DNA of 62,891 nucleotides, the filler included, from Aduncisulcus paluster (lineage: Eukaryota), in NCBI GenBank assembly GCA_024181965.1. It is 6 parts of 6 records of this genome, joined end to end, with 100 filler letters (N's around TTAATTAATTAA, not from the genome) between each part and the next. Parts side by side here need not be neighbours in the genome. Positions count along the whole stretch, not along the records: positions 23,184 to 36,594 come from BQXS01012441.1; 5 more parts are not named here. The stretch is one strand, 5' to 3'. Of the stretch, positions 23,084-32,432 are shown one piece after another. The translations under genes and the position numbers were made by a program. Numbering within the stretch: position 1 is the stretch's first letter; every line of letters starts with the position of its first letter. Under the pieces are notes generated by a model. The model was not told the origin of the DNA. It did not search any database and worked only from the letters and a program-made list of their open reading frames with translations.

Positions 23084-23183
23084 NNNNNNNNNNNNNNNNN
23101 NNNNNNNNNNNNNNNNNNNNNNNNNNNTTAATTAATTAANNNNNNNNNNNNNNNNNNNNNNNNNNNNNNNNNNNNNNNNNNNN
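23084..23183. other. Artificial contig linker (also at 36595-36694, 46730-46829, 54899-54998, 59483-59582)
   Basis: The same N44-TTAATTAATTAA-N44 spacer occurs five times and carries stops in all six frames. Confidence 0.97.
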
Positions 23184-23389
23184 CCTGAAACTTTTATCGC
23201 ATATATATTTCTATAACAATAATTCTTTCTATTATTATTTATTTGGATTATGTTTATTTATGATATTTATTTTATATTTTATTTGACATGATTCGACATG
23301 TAATTGATTCTCACGGAATCAATCCGATCTTCTTCAAACTAATAAACTTGCTTCCTTCTATAGTTGGTTTCCGGTGTTTCTTGCTTTTA

Positions 23390-24097
23390 TTAGTACTTAA
23401 CACCACATTGTAACACTTTAAGAAATAATTCATCTTTTAGCTGGCCAACATTCACATAACCAACCGCATAGGTCCCAAAACAATTATGTAAAATAATAGA
23501 AAGAACCGATTTATCGTGGGACACAGTCTTATCTAAAATCAATGAATACGGTGGTCGTAGTGCAACTTTTCGAGCCTTAATTAAGGATTTATACCTTTCT
23601 TCTTTTGAAATACAATATAATGTTGTTTTGCAAAGAGGAACCACGCTTGGAAGATCCCTAATTTTTTCTTGCATCTCGATAGTTAGAAACTCACAAATCG
23701 TACATATAGGAATTCCGCAAAGTAATGACCGATTTACAACAAATTCTCTAAATTCTTTTTTAATTGAGGGGATAAAACTCGAAAAATACAACCGGTTTAC
23801 CTTAACTGTCTGATGATGTCTTTTGGATATAATATGGGCAATGATACATTCGACATTACTCTTAAATAAGGATTTACACGGTTTACATGAAATGTTTTTT
23901 TCTCCTTCAATATAATTCGGAATTATATTTGTTTTCAAGTCCTGCTCGACAATTTTGAATATGGTCATTTTGTCAAGTTTTGAATCTCCCAATTCCTCTC
24001 TATATTTCTTCCAGTTTCTAACATTCTTTGTCTTCCAGTCTAATCCTAACTTAATTAATTTAATAAAAGATTCTATTGATAACATTAGACAATACAA
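23390..24097 (-). pseudogene. Truncated hAT-like transposase paralog (Zn finger plus first catalytic Asp only)
   Basis: CKPC-x13-HIISKRH finger; YSLILDKT...AVGYVNVG aligns with YSIIMDKT...AVGYIDVG of the adjacent ORF. Confidence 0.7.
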
Positions 24098-24224
24098 CCA
24101 ATCAGTTTTGAAAAGATCAATTTACGAAGTAAAGTCATCTTAAATGACACAATCTAATTATTTATTAATTGATAAAACATAATTGGAATACTATATTATC
24201 ATTTATTATAATAATTTAATCATG

Positions 24225-25710
24225 TCAAAAAATCACGGGAAAGCCTGACCATTCTGTTTCAAGTCTTTTTGCAAAACGATATATTGATCTGAAGGCGGCA
24301 AGATTTGGTTTTGCATATTGTGCTGCTCTGATTGCATCCAATGCACAAGGTATAAACTGTTTAGTGAGAACATCGGTGAATTTCCTATATGATTCATTCT
24401 CCAAGAATGTTTGACAGGCCTTTACTGGCTCTGTCTGCCCTTTGAACTTTAAACATGCAATTATTTCATCCCATGACGAGCAGACTTTCGAATATTCTTC
24501 AAGAAGAGAAGTCCATCGTACTTTCGTGTATCGAGGAGCATGGATTGCCAATAGAGAACACAGAGCCCTATTCTCCTGGGAACCAGTACTTAAGACAACA
24601 TTGAGATCTTCTAAAAAGGTTTCTATTTGCTCAAAGAAGTAAGTGAAATAATGTTGGATCACCGTGCTCAATAGATGAGCTGTGCATGGTATCCATGCAT
24701 ATCCATATCCTTCCTCCTCCAACTGTTTTGACACGACCGCGACCATGAGGGGCTCTCTGTCCGTAACAATTGATGAGATATACCTTTTCTTGATTCCAAT
24801 CTCCTGAAAAGCATTCTTTATGGCGGTACAAAGAATATTTGTACCTTTCGGCATAACTTCTCGGATCTTTGGTGGTAAACACGCCAAAATGTGGGTAATC
24901 TCCTGAATTGCTTTCTTGATGTCTTTTGGATTCGTTTTTTGTAATTCTTTTCTGATACCAGGCGCGTGTTTGTACATCATTTCCGACCAATATGATTTGA
25001 ATACTTCGTCAACAAACGTCCTTGACCAGATGGCATCTTTCATTGCTCCAACATCAATGTATCCGACTGCCCTTGTTTCAAATCCATTAAATGCCAGGAT
25101 GGTAAGAATTGATTTTCCACGACTGGTTGTTTTATCCATAATAATGGAATAATGGCCCACAAGCGTCTTCTTTCTTTCTTGAAAGAGAGCTTTCTGGCTC
25201 AAACTATGAGCTAGGTCATAGCACGTAGAGAGGCACAGTTCTACCGATGGCCTTTTTTCCATAAACCATTCCCTGAAAAATTCTTGGAATTCTAAACTTA
25301 GAAATCTCACCACTGTTGAGATTGGATCCGCAGGATATTCCATTTTTAATTACCTTCTCTCTGAATCTTCTTTTGCCGAGCTTTTCTTTTTCTTTGCTGC
25401 AGCTATCGGCCTTCATCAATTTTTTGAAGTGTTCATTGGATAGAATATGGGATCGGAAGGATTTTGGATCTTTTAATAGCATAGAGCACGTACAGCATCG
25501 TATAAAAGTTTCCGAATGATCATCTTCAAGCCTGAACTGTGTCGTAAGTTCCATTTCCATCATCTTGATAATCTCATCTTTCTTAATATATTGTTTTAGT
25601 TTTCGGACGCTCTTATATTTTTGCCAAACCTTAATTGATTTATAATTCGATGTAAATATCGGCTTTAAAAATGATACTATTTTAGATGACATCAAGGAGT
25701 CAGATCCCAC
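24225..25710 (-). pseudogene. hAT-like DDE transposase, frameshifted near 25327 and lacking the C-terminal Glu domain
   Basis: ORF 25216-25710 carries the CCTC..H..H finger. ORF 24225-25343 carries IMDKT, IVTDREP, CTAH and RWTS. Confidence 0.8.
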
Positions 25711-25926
25711 ATTGTTGACAAATTTGTCAAAGTTGTTTCTGGCTTTCTTGGATTAAAAAATGGAAAATAGTATATAAATTAAGAAATATAATTATTTTAT
25801 TTTATTTTATTATTATTAATTCCTATTTTCGAGGATGGAAAAAATCGACCGGAATCTCTGATATCCACTAAATATATAAAAAAATCGGTAACAGTGAAAT
25901 ACTCTAGAGGGGTCTTTTATAAGAAT

Positions 25927-25982
25927 AAACTTTTATATCGGACCAAATTTATTAAAAGAGTTTAAAAGGTTTAAACTCCCTG
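25927..25982 (-). mobile_element. Left end (TIR plus subterminal motif) of the hAT-like element
   Basis: Minus strand reads CAGGGAGTTTAAACCTTTTAAACTC...AATAAATTTGGTCCG...AAAGTTTA, matching the end at 33076. Confidence 0.65.
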
Positions 25983-26417
25983 CGTTCCGAACCCTGATTC
26001 AAGATATGTTTTCCCTGATCAGTTCTTTGGCTCATATTCATACGGAGCATTGAAATGCTCTAAATATCCACGATATAGATATATAGCGAGTATATATCTA
26101 TTACAACAGTATACGCAATTCTGCGTCAAAGAAAAATTTTTTCTGTGAGACTGCCAAATTTATTGTTTCTTGGAATCCTTACACTATGTATATGTTTGTT
26201 TAAGCAGCTGGTACACCAATCAGCAAATTCGTAATAGTTCTTAAAGTCTTCTTCCAGCGAATAAATTCTTAGGAGTTTCGGACTTCACTGTTTACCATTT
26301 CTACCAATCCATTGGCTTCATGATCACCGGGGATAGTCACTATGTGAAAGATGTTCATATCCTCCAATAATTTCTTAAATTCTGATGAACATATTGTTTT
26401 CCTCCATCACTTCTAAG

Positions 26418-26824
26418 AGATACGTATCTCCGCTTCATGGGCACTACTCTCCTTTTCTTTCTTGAAGTTCTTCCGCCTCCATCTCGAATCTTTTAACCCA
26501 ATAATCCAGATAGACAATTTATTATTATCGCTTGCGATAGTTTAATTGTTAACAAAACATCAAACCATTTGACCCAGCTACACCGACCGAACCCGATGAC
26601 ATCACTCTCATCAGAATTAGTCGAGAAGTATGTTCCTGTTTTGTTTAAATTTGTAACTTTGATAATCTAATATAACTATTTCTAATTTTTGTTTCTTTAA
26701 TAATCCTTGCAAGCACCCATGCTTCATGAAGATACGTATCTCCGCTTCATGGGCACTACTCTCCTTTTCTTTCTTGAAGTTCTTCCGCCTCCATCTCGAA
26801 TCTTTTAACCCAATAATCCAGATA
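26418..26824 (-). repeat. 3' split-direct-repeat block B1-A2-B2
   Basis: Two identical 95-bp B copies flank a 211-bp A copy that is identical to 30218-30428. Confidence 0.95.
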
Positions 26825-26833
26825 TGACAGAGG

Positions 26834-29620
26834 CTAGTGATTTAATGATGATTCCATGGGCCAGCCCTCATCTTCCCGTATCGCTGTACTAATGTAACTT
26901 AAGAGTCCTTGAGATGAAAGCCATCCTCCAAGGGCTGCTATTGTTTCCGCTTCAACTCCCATCTTGTGTAAGAGAACGGCCGCTCCCTTCCTCATGCTGT
27001 GAGCACCATATTTTTCCTTGAATAATCTTCCGGACCAAGTTCTGAAATTCTCCTGGAGGCGAAGGAGAGGTGATGGCCTCTCCTTTCCTGGCTCTGCAAA
27101 TAAGAAGGTGTAAGGTTTGATCGCCGTCAACCTTTTGTGTGTTTCAATGAGTCTATTCAACAGGGAATACGCGTTCAATGGGCCTCCCACGTTGACTCTT
27201 ACTTTCATACCGCCTGAGATTGTCTTGTTCTTGGGGCACCAGAGAACAAAGGCATTGTCTCGAACTTCTATACCATTGAGCCTTATCGAAGCGGTTGAGC
27301 CTGCTCTTGAGACTGTTTCGAAGGTCACTGCCACCCATGCAGCAAAATCTATTCTTCCACGTTCGAGAGCATGTCTGATTAGTGATTGTGCTTCCTCAAT
27401 AGATAGAATGTGCGTCCCTGCTTGCGAAGTGGTTACTGCACAGAGAGGGGTGGCCAGTCTTACGTATGTTTTCTTAAGCTCCGTAGGAAACCTTCCTGCA
27501 ATCAAAGCGGCCACGTGAGTGAGGACAGACCACGCACTACGCGGTTTTACATTCTTCAGGAGCTCCATTCCGATTACAGCGAGCTCCTCCCACCATTTGG
27601 AAGTGGATTCTCGATGTCGAATGATGTGTCTAACCCTTCGTTGAGCGCCGGCCGTTGAGTTTGTGCGAGTCACGTCTGCAGCTTCATCTTCACGAAGTAT
27701 GCGATCAATCGTGCCGTCTTCTTGTGTTTCGTTGACCACTCTACCAAGTATTCTGGGACCGTTCTTGGCGAAATCTCGAAAAAGTTGAGTGCATTGCTTC
27801 TTAAATAGGCCCCTAGCCTCGGGGTTAGCGGTGAAGAGATTACCACCAGCCCACTTGTCTGAGATAAGGGAGAGACTGATTGATCTGGACCCCGATCCAA
27901 TGGCGATAGCCACCTTATGGCTTCCAACTCTACATGTGGATTGGGATGGAGAAGGTATCTTCCAAGTGGGTCTCTTTTTAACGCTGCTAGGACGGCTACG
28001 CCATCTTCCGGGGATAGGATTGAAGAAAACGGACCCCATCTTCCAATGATCACCCTTTCCATTGTGTCCAAATCTATATCCGCCTTTCGTGAGAGTGCAT
28101 CTGCTTCTGCATTGTGACACCCCTTCACCCAGTGTGGTATGATCGAGATGTTCTGGGATCTGGCTTCTGCCCAAATCTGTACTGCGAGAATTTGTAGCTG
28201 TGACGACTTGCTTGAGCCTTTTGACACTGCTGATCTTGCCGCTATGGAATCCGTACCCCAGACCCAGATTCCACTCTCGAGTCGTTCCTGTTGTAATGTT
28301 TTCAGTAGTGTCCATGTCTCTATGGCTGTGATGTGTGCAGGGCATTGTGTGATTTCGAATTGTACGAGCTTCTTTGGCTTGCCAGGTCTCATGAGGACCG
28401 CTCCTGCTCCCTCCAGGGAAGCGTCGGTGAGGATAACTCCATTGGGCACCAATCCAGGCCAGTGGGACCAAGGGTGTTCGATGATTTTGTTCCAGAAACT
28501 TAGTTCTGCCCTTGCTTCCTCCGAGGGTTTGAAAGCTCCCTTCCTTTTGTGTAACTGTGCGAGGAGTTGTTTTGTATAGATTGCCGCGAAAGGGAAGATT
28601 CGTTTCAAGAAGAGAATGTGTCCAACCAGCTGTTTTACCTGCAACTTGGACCACCGAGTGTCTCTTAGCCTTCGAACGAACAGCTCCGATAAAACTCTTT
28701 TCTTTTCGTGGGACAAACCTATCTCCATCTTTTCGGTGTCTACTGTATATCCAAGATATTCTAGGCGCCTTGATGGCCCTATCGTCTTCTCTGGGGCAAT
28801 GACAGCCCCGAGCCTCGCGAATATTTCCCTTGTGATGCGCAATTCTTGTGCTGCTTTGTCCTCTGATGCAGAAAATAGAAGGAAATCGTCGATATAGACT
28901 GTAGATTCGATTCCGTGCTTTCTCAGAATTTTCACTAGCTCTGATGTGACCTTTTGGAATATGAACGGACTCCATGACGATCCGAACGGGAGGACGTTGG
29001 TTATGAAGAATCGACCTCTGTAGGCTATGCCGAAGAGACCTCTGTCCTTTTCCCGTACTAATAGCTGCCAAAAACCTTTCTTTAGATCCAGCTTTGTAAG
29101 GAAATGGCTTGCGGTCTGCAGTCTTGAACAGGACATCCAGAGCGTTTAATCTGAAAGGTAGCGGTGGTAGACGCCTGTTTAAGGGAGTTAAATCGTGCAC
29201 TGGTCTTGTCTCGTCTGAATTGTGCTTTGGAACTGTGAAGTATCTGGCCGTTATCGTTGGCTGGTATTCCGATTCTGAGATGGCTCCAGACTCCAGCATC
29301 TTTGCGAAGTGGATGTCTAGCTCCTTTGATGGACTTGTCACCACTAGTGGCGTGGGCGCTCTTGAGCTTGGGCGGAATATGGCTCCCGCTCTGAGCCATT
29401 CCACAATGGTGTGGCAGGCACCCTCTTTTTCCCATTCCCGCCATTTTGATGACATTGAGCCGACTGGGTTCTGTGTTGAGCTTAGCATTCCACTCCCCCC
29501 TTCTTGAATATCTTGTTTGATAGATTTTGTAATAGACACAGGACAGTTTACTCCGGGAGTGGAACGCCGCATTAAAAAGGGCATGAGGAGGAAGAGTGAT
29601 ATTTCCCACACTTGGGACAC
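26834..29620 (-). CDS. RT N-terminal segment fused in frame to a C-terminal tyrosine recombinase
   Basis: N-terminal IVEWLRAG, YFTVPK and RPVHDLTPLN (RT fingers). C-terminal YR catalytic set: VSR, KNKT, HSMRKG, GGW-x7-Y. Confidence 0.88.
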   Translation of the reverse strand: MSQVWEISLFLLMPFLMRRSTPGVNCPVSITKSIKQDIQEGGSGMLSSTQNPVGSMSSKWREWEKEGACHTIVEWLRAGAIFRPSSRAPTPLVVTSPSKELDIHFAKMLESGAISESEYQPTITARYFTVPKHNSDETRPVHDLTPLNRRLPPLPFRLNALDVLFKTADRKPFPYKAGSKERFLAAISTGKGQRSLRHSLQRSILHNQRPPVRIVMESVHIPKGHIRASENSEKARNRIYSLYRRFPSIFCIRGQSSTRIAHHKGNIREARGCHCPREDDRAIKAPRISWIYSRHRKDGDRFVPRKEKSFIGAVRSKAKRHSVVQVAGKTAGWTHSLLETNLPFRGNLYKTTPRTVTQKEGSFQTLGGSKGRTKFLEQNHRTPLVPLAWIGAQWSYPHRRFPGGSRSGPHETWQAKEARTIRNHTMPCTHHSHRDMDTTENITTGTTREWNLGLGYGFHSGKISSVKRLKQVVTATNSRSTDLGRSQIPEHLDHTTLGEGVSQCRSRCTLTKGGYRFGHNGKGDHWKMGSVFFNPIPGRWRSRPSSVKKRPTWKIPSPSQSTCRVGSHKVAIAIGSGSRSISLSLISDKWAGGNLFTANPEARGLFKKQCTQLFRDFAKNGPRILGRVVNETQEDGTIDRILREDEAADVTRTNSTAGAQRRVRHIIRHRESTSKWWEELAVIGMELLKNVKPRSAWSVLTHVAALIAGRFPTELKKTYVRLATPLCAVTTSQAGTHILSIEEAQSLIRHALERGRIDFAAWVAVTFETVSRAGSTASIRLNGIEVRDNAFVLWCPKNKTISGGMKVRVNVGGPLNAYSLLNRLIETHKRLTAIKPYTFLFAEPGKERPSPLLRLQENFRTWSGRLFKEKYGAHSMRKGAAVLLHKMGVEAETIAALGGWLSSQGLLSYISTAIREDEGWPMESSLNH
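27670..29136 (-). CDS. pol: RT core, RNase H and a degenerate methyltransferase-like domain (pol)
   Basis: KLDLKKGFWQ, LPFG, YIDD; RNase H TDAS, E, TDS and N..ADALSR; then IIGRWGP...LLHPNP, resembling the DIRS/PAT MT domain. Confidence 0.92.
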   Translation of the reverse strand: MSCSRLQTASHFLTKLDLKKGFWQLLVREKDRGLFGIAYRGRFFITNVLPFGSSWSPFIFQKVTSELVKILRKHGIESTVYIDDFLLFSASEDKAAQELRITREIFARLGAVIAPEKTIGPSRRLEYLGYTVDTEKMEIGLSHEKKRVLSELFVRRLRDTRWSKLQVKQLVGHILFLKRIFPFAAIYTKQLLAQLHKRKGAFKPSEEARAELSFWNKIIEHPWSHWPGLVPNGVILTDASLEGAGAVLMRPGKPKKLVQFEITQCPAHITAIETWTLLKTLQQERLESGIWVWGTDSIAARSAVSKGSSKSSQLQILAVQIWAEARSQNISIIPHWVKGCHNAEADALSRKADIDLDTMERVIIGRWGPFSSILSPEDGVAVLAALKRDPLGRYLLHPNPHVELEAIRWLSPLDRGPDQSVSPLSQTSGLVVISSPLTPRLGAYLRSNALNFFEISPRTVPEYLVEWSTKHKKTARLIAYFVKMKLQT

Positions 29621-30213
29621 TTTTCTTTAGACTTGTCCTGTTTCTCCTTGCGGTAACCTTTCTTCCAGGGAACTGTCGACTTGCTGCTCGGTTTGACTTG
29701 TTCTTTGCGGGACACAAGCCTCTTTTGAACTGTTGCAGCGACTTTGTCCAGTGAAGTGCTGGGACATTCCTCAATGACCTTATGTGCCACTCGGAAAGCA
29801 TCTTTGTTCCTGAGCCAGTCGGCTGAGACAATAGCTTTTTCCTGGGCATCGAAGGCTGCCTCGACGCTCTCGATGAAAGCATCTTGGGAAGTCGCAGCGT
29901 CGAATGCTGACAGAAGGAGGTCTCTAAGGTGGTCAAGACGTTTGAGTTCGATTTGCCCAAAGGTTGACAGCCCTCGGTCTCTTCTCTGGTCTTTACGTTT
30001 GAGGGTGTCCAATTCTCTCTGCATCCTGATAACTTGAGCCAAGAGGACCTCTTGAGCAGGAGCTTCCGGTGTTTCTGGTGTCGCAACGGGTGTCTGACCC
30101 TCTCCAGTGCCTTCCTGTTCGCCGTTAATTTGGACTTCCTCTGAAGACGAACTCTCTTCAATTTCAGGTTGTATCTGTTGTTCCGCATGTCTAATGGTTC
30201 TTCTTGGTGGCAT
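29572..30213 (-). CDS. gag: Gag-like ORF1 with C-terminal CCHC knuckle
   Basis: 213 aa, coiled-coil, ends CPKCGKYHSSSSCPF; first ORF after repeat A1. Confidence 0.85.
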   Translation of the reverse strand: MPPRRTIRHAEQQIQPEIEESSSSEEVQINGEQEGTGEGQTPVATPETPEAPAQEVLLAQVIRMQRELDTLKRKDQRRDRGLSTFGQIELKRLDHLRDLLLSAFDAATSQDAFIESVEAAFDAQEKAIVSADWLRNKDAFRVAHKVIEECPSTSLDKVAATVQKRLVSRKEQVKPSSKSTVPWKKGYRKEKQDKSKEKCPKCGKYHSSSSCPF

Positions 30214-30217
30214 GGAA

Positions 30218-30428
30218 TTATTATTATCGCTTGCGATAGTTTAATTGTTAACAAAACATCAAACCATTTGACCCAGCTACACCGACCGAACCCGATGACA
30301 TCACTCTCATCAGAATTAGTCGAGAAGTATGTTCCTGTTTTGTTTAAATTTGTAACTTTGATAATCTAATATAACTATTTCTAATTTTTGTTTCTTTAAT
30401 AATCCTTGCAAGCACCCATGCTTCATGA
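30218..30428 (-). repeat. 5' repeat A1 of the YR retrotransposon
   Basis: Identical to 26519-26729; the gag ATG (30213) follows immediately. Confidence 0.95.
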
Positions 30429-31488
30429 GGATTTCGGGCAACCACAAAGACAGAATATTCCACGCAATTCTCTTACAGCCTCCTCGCTTGTGGCTGTGGC
30501 TGTCGGTCTAACGACTGTAAAACGTGAGAAGTCGTCTATTAAGATTAAAACTCGTCTGGTTCAACAGCCAAAATGATTTTCTGTTTTAATACACCATTAA
30601 CCTTTTCCCACACGATCTGCTGTTCCGTTTCCCAGGAGATTTTTGATTCTCTTTGCCTTAATCTGGATATCGGCTCAGTTATCCTCGAATAATCTGGGAT
30701 GAACTCCTTAACGAAATTAATCGCCCCCAATAGCTTCTGAACCTCTCTTCTTATTTCTGGGAGTGGGAATTTTTGCCATGTCTTCCAGCCTCCTCTGGGT
30801 CACTCTTCTTCTATAGCTATTAATTGTAAACCCGAGATATGTTACTTCTTCAACTCCAAAACTGCACTTTTTATAATTTAACAATAAATTGTGTTTAGCT
30901 AACCTCAGTATCACTTCTTTTAAGTTCAGTAGGAACTCTTCTTGGTCCTTTCCAAATACTAATAAATCATATAGGTAAATTAAAACTTTGGAGCCAACAA
31001 TGTCATGGAAGATTGAATTGATACATCTTTGGAAATGACTGGGTGCAGTTTTTAACCCAAAGGGCATTCGAGTCCATTCAAAAGACCTTTATGCGAAATA
31101 AAAGCAGTGTAAGGTATGGAATCTTCTTCCACCCTAATCCATTCTTTATATCCAAAGTAGCAAAGATGGACATATCATTTAAAGCCCTGAATAAACTAGA
31201 TTGAAGTGGAATCGGGTACATATCGTCTCTCATTTGTTTGTTTAATCCTGTGTAGTCGATACATATCCTGATCTACTTATCGGGTTTTTCGACGACGACT
31301 ATTGGCGCAGCAAAAGTGCTTTTTGACGCTCTTATGTAACCCTTTTCGAGCAACTCTTCTAATTGTTGCGTTAATTCTTACTCCAACCCAAACGGTGGAG
31401 GCCTTAATTTCCTTTGAATGGGGGGTTTTCTGATTTGAGTTCTATTTTATATTCCGGCACATTGACGGCATTGTCTCTGTCAATAATA

Positions 31489-31653
31489 CATGGTCAAGGT
31501 CGACCATTTTCCATTTTGTTTAGTCAATATTTGTTGAACATTTTTTGGTCTCAATATCTAGACCATAAATATGGTCCAGGTTTATTGACCAACCAGATTG
31601 TGACCGTATTTTGGTCAATAAATCATGACCATATTTGGTATGAAAATGGTCAA
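31489..31653. repeat. Cluster of about eleven GGTC/GACC motifs in both orientations; possible subterminal region of a DNA transposon
   Basis: TGGTCA/TGACCA recurs every ~12-45 bp, starting where the Gypsy RT homology stops. Confidence 0.5.
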
Positions 31654-31859
31654 AATGAGAAATCAAAAAAAAAAAAGAAAAACTATTTTTAGATATATGA
31701 ATATCGGCTGGCCTGAAGGATGAGAACCCTCTATCTTCGCTATGAACCTTCCATACGAAGGTCTGCTGACACTTTTATCAATAAATTGTACCACACAACC
31801 TCTTTATAAAACTACAACTCGACTTACGTCACAGTATTATACTTTTACAAACAAGTGAG

Positions 31860-32035
31860 CGGTTACAGTGGCTCCGAAACCAGACTCAGATGGAAGGGTC
31901 TGTGTGGATGCTCGGGTATTTAATCAAAATATTGTGGGTAATGAGAACCCTATCCCAAGACTGGATGATCTTTTTGCATCGAAATATTTTGTTGGGAAGA
32001 AGATTTTTGGGAAGCTGGATGGAAAATCTAATTGT
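31860..32035 (+). pseudogene. Second Ty3/Gypsy RT fragment
   Basis: VAPKPDSDGRVCVDARVFNQ...PIPRLDDLF...IFGKLD. Confidence 0.75.
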
Positions 32036-32432
32036 AGAGTGTCCCACTGTTAATTCAGAAAAAATGAAATCTTCTGGGCTAGCAAATTTATTGATTAAAT
32101 TCGATTCAACAGTCTGATCAAGAATTAGTAAATTTGGACAACGTACGATCCGCATTAATACTTTTATTTGTTATATTACTAAGCGCTACCACACAATTGA
32201 TAAATTTTTTCTCCATTGACAAGATATACAGGATGTCCCCAAGAAATCTTCCATTTTGCTGCACTATCCCGATCATTTGATAATAATTTTATGGCATTAT
32301 TATATGATTGAATGCATTTTTGGTGCCTTGTCCAAAATTGATCTTTATCATGACCAGACAGAACTAATTCATCATGATGCATAAAATTTCAACCTGATTA
32401 TATGGAGAAAATATTTCTTCTATTTTATCTCC

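Larger units (their letters stand above)
26418..30428 (-). mobile_element. Complete tyrosine-recombinase (DIRS-order, PAT/Ngaro-type) retrotransposon with split direct repeats
   Basis: A1 30218-30428 = A2 26519-26729 (211 bp); B1 26730-26824 = B2 26418-26512 (95 bp). Order on the minus strand is A1-gag-pol-YR-B1-A2-B2. Confidence 0.95.
26185..31490 (-). mobile_element. Decayed Ty3/Gypsy pol fragment (RT ~30545-31490; integrase core 30429-30555 and ~26185-26417), interrupted by the YR retrotransposon
   Basis: LLEKGYIRASKSTFAAPIVVV, ICIDY, MPFGLKTAP, degenerate YLYD; integrase LIDDFSRF...RSDGG...NGLVE. Contains stops and frameshifts, and no RNase H region is visible. Confidence 0.88.

Noticed and set aside
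23128..23139. Recurrent TTAATTAATTAA palindrome; ORFs ending in ...LIN
   Set aside because: Synthetic linker inside N runs, so gene adjacency across linkers has no biological meaning.
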